From positions 189,683,186 to 189,746,758 of the forward strand of contig NC_068981.1 in the NCBI RefSeq assembly GCF_001194135.2: a DNA stretch of 63,573 nt, given 5' to 3'. The position numbers were made by a program, and so were the translations under genes. Shown piece by piece: positions 62,331-63,573 of the stretch. Source of the stretch: Octopus bimaculoides (lineage: Eukaryota). Every line of letters starts with the position of its first letter. The first letter of the stretch is position 1. The notes under the pieces are model-generated. The model had not been told where the DNA came from. It was given only the letters and a program-made list of their open reading frames with translations, and did no database searches.

Positions 62331-62490
62331 GTCTCTCTCTCTCTCTCTCCCTCCCTCTCTCTCCCTCCCTCTCTCCCTCTCTCTNNNNNNNNNNNNNNNN
62401 NNNNNNNNNNTCTATCTATCTATCTATCTATCTATCTGTCTCTCTCTCTCTCTCTCCCTCCCTCTCCCCCTCCCCCTCTCTCTCTGTCTA
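62293..62490. repeat. (TCTA)n/(TC)n microsatellite
   Basis: Direct reading. Confidence 0.95.
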
Positions 62491-63294
62491 TCTAAAAGGG
62501 TCACATAGAAGTAGACTTTAGCTATTTGGAAAGTTATATATACCGAAAGGTATCACAATACAATTTTAAAAAATCCGAGATTTTGTCAAACTGCCGTTAC
62601 AATCTAAAATTTCTTCTGAAATATTTTCAATGGACTTTAACTCTTCAGAAAAGTGACAAAAATTCGAATAATTCTCGACTATGAGACCATGCAGTAGCAT
62701 TCTGCATGAAAGAATTATACACTTTGGCTGGAAAGACTTCAATGGAATTTTTTATTCTGGTTTAAGCACCAACGACACTATCGTCGTAGTGACCTACATT
62801 CATTAATAAAAACGTACTTTGCTAACAGCTAATAACAAGGATCAGTTTGCACCTTGCGGTACATTTTCCGTTATGAAACACATTTCAAAACTCATAACTA
62901 TAATTTGCATGATTGGAAAAACTAATTAGCAGTAATGAATTAGTAACTGTTCAACTGAAAGTAAACACACACATCTGTGTGTATGTGTGTGTGACATACA
63001 TATATACATATAAATACATTCATATATACATACATACATATATACATACATACATATATATACATTACATACATGCATACATTACGAACCTACAAACATA
63101 CAGACATACATAATTTTTCAGCTTAAAGTGGTTGGACGCTCTAACGTCTCTTTTCAATATATATTATAATTATTAATGTAAACAACGTTGCACTTAACAT
63201 CATATATGTAAACAAACCAAAGTGAGTGTAGTTAATAATAATTATAGATGGACTTTCTCCATCCTCAGATTCCAGAATATTCTTTTATTCTTTC

Positions 63295-63529
63295 ATTCTT
63301 TTACTTTATTCAGTCATTTGACTGCAGCCATGCTGGAACACCGCCTTTAGTCGGACAAATCGACTCCAGCCCTTATTTTTTGTAAGCCTAGTACTTATTT
63401 TATCAGATCCTTTTGCCGAACCGTTAGGTGACCGTGAGGTAAACACACAAGCATCAGTTGTCAAGAGGTGGTGGGGGGGACAAACACAGACACACAAACA
63501 CGCACACACACGCATACACACGCACACAT

Positions 63530-63573
<44 letters not shown>
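63295..63573 (-). mobile_element. SINE A 3' half running into (CA)n at the window end
   Basis: Family motifs. Confidence 0.8.

Overview
This is AT-rich eukaryotic draft-assembly DNA with many N-gaps, most likely an octopus scaffold judging by the SINE/LINE repertoire (inference). It is not prokaryotic: there are no operons, CRISPR arrays or rRNA. Much of it is interspersed repeat: three tRNA-headed SINE families (labelled A, B, D here), a (GAT)n-tailed short repeat E, and many 5'-truncated copies of an RTE-clade LINE 3' end (C). There are also remnants of L1/Tx1, mariner, maT (DD37D) and hAT transposases, several MITEs with intact TSDs, and microsatellites that explain most ORFs in the track. 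Two signals are not visible in the ORF track. (1) A probable multi-exon protein-coding gene on the minus strand (about 25.0 kb down to 5.6 kb or lower) has phase-compatible small exons, a CpG-depleted body, and a CCAAT + 2x RFX X-box + E-box cluster at 25.6 kb; its peptides weakly recall GEMIN4, which is unverified. (2) A 412-bp TSD-flanked element joins a Pol III tRNA-like head to a Penelope-type minimal hammerhead ribozyme and carries an inverted copy of its tail; related pieces lie at 48.9 kb and other hammerhead-like motifs at 34.1, 35.2 and 45.0 kb. All calls were made by eye. Repeat boundaries are approximate and no database search was run.
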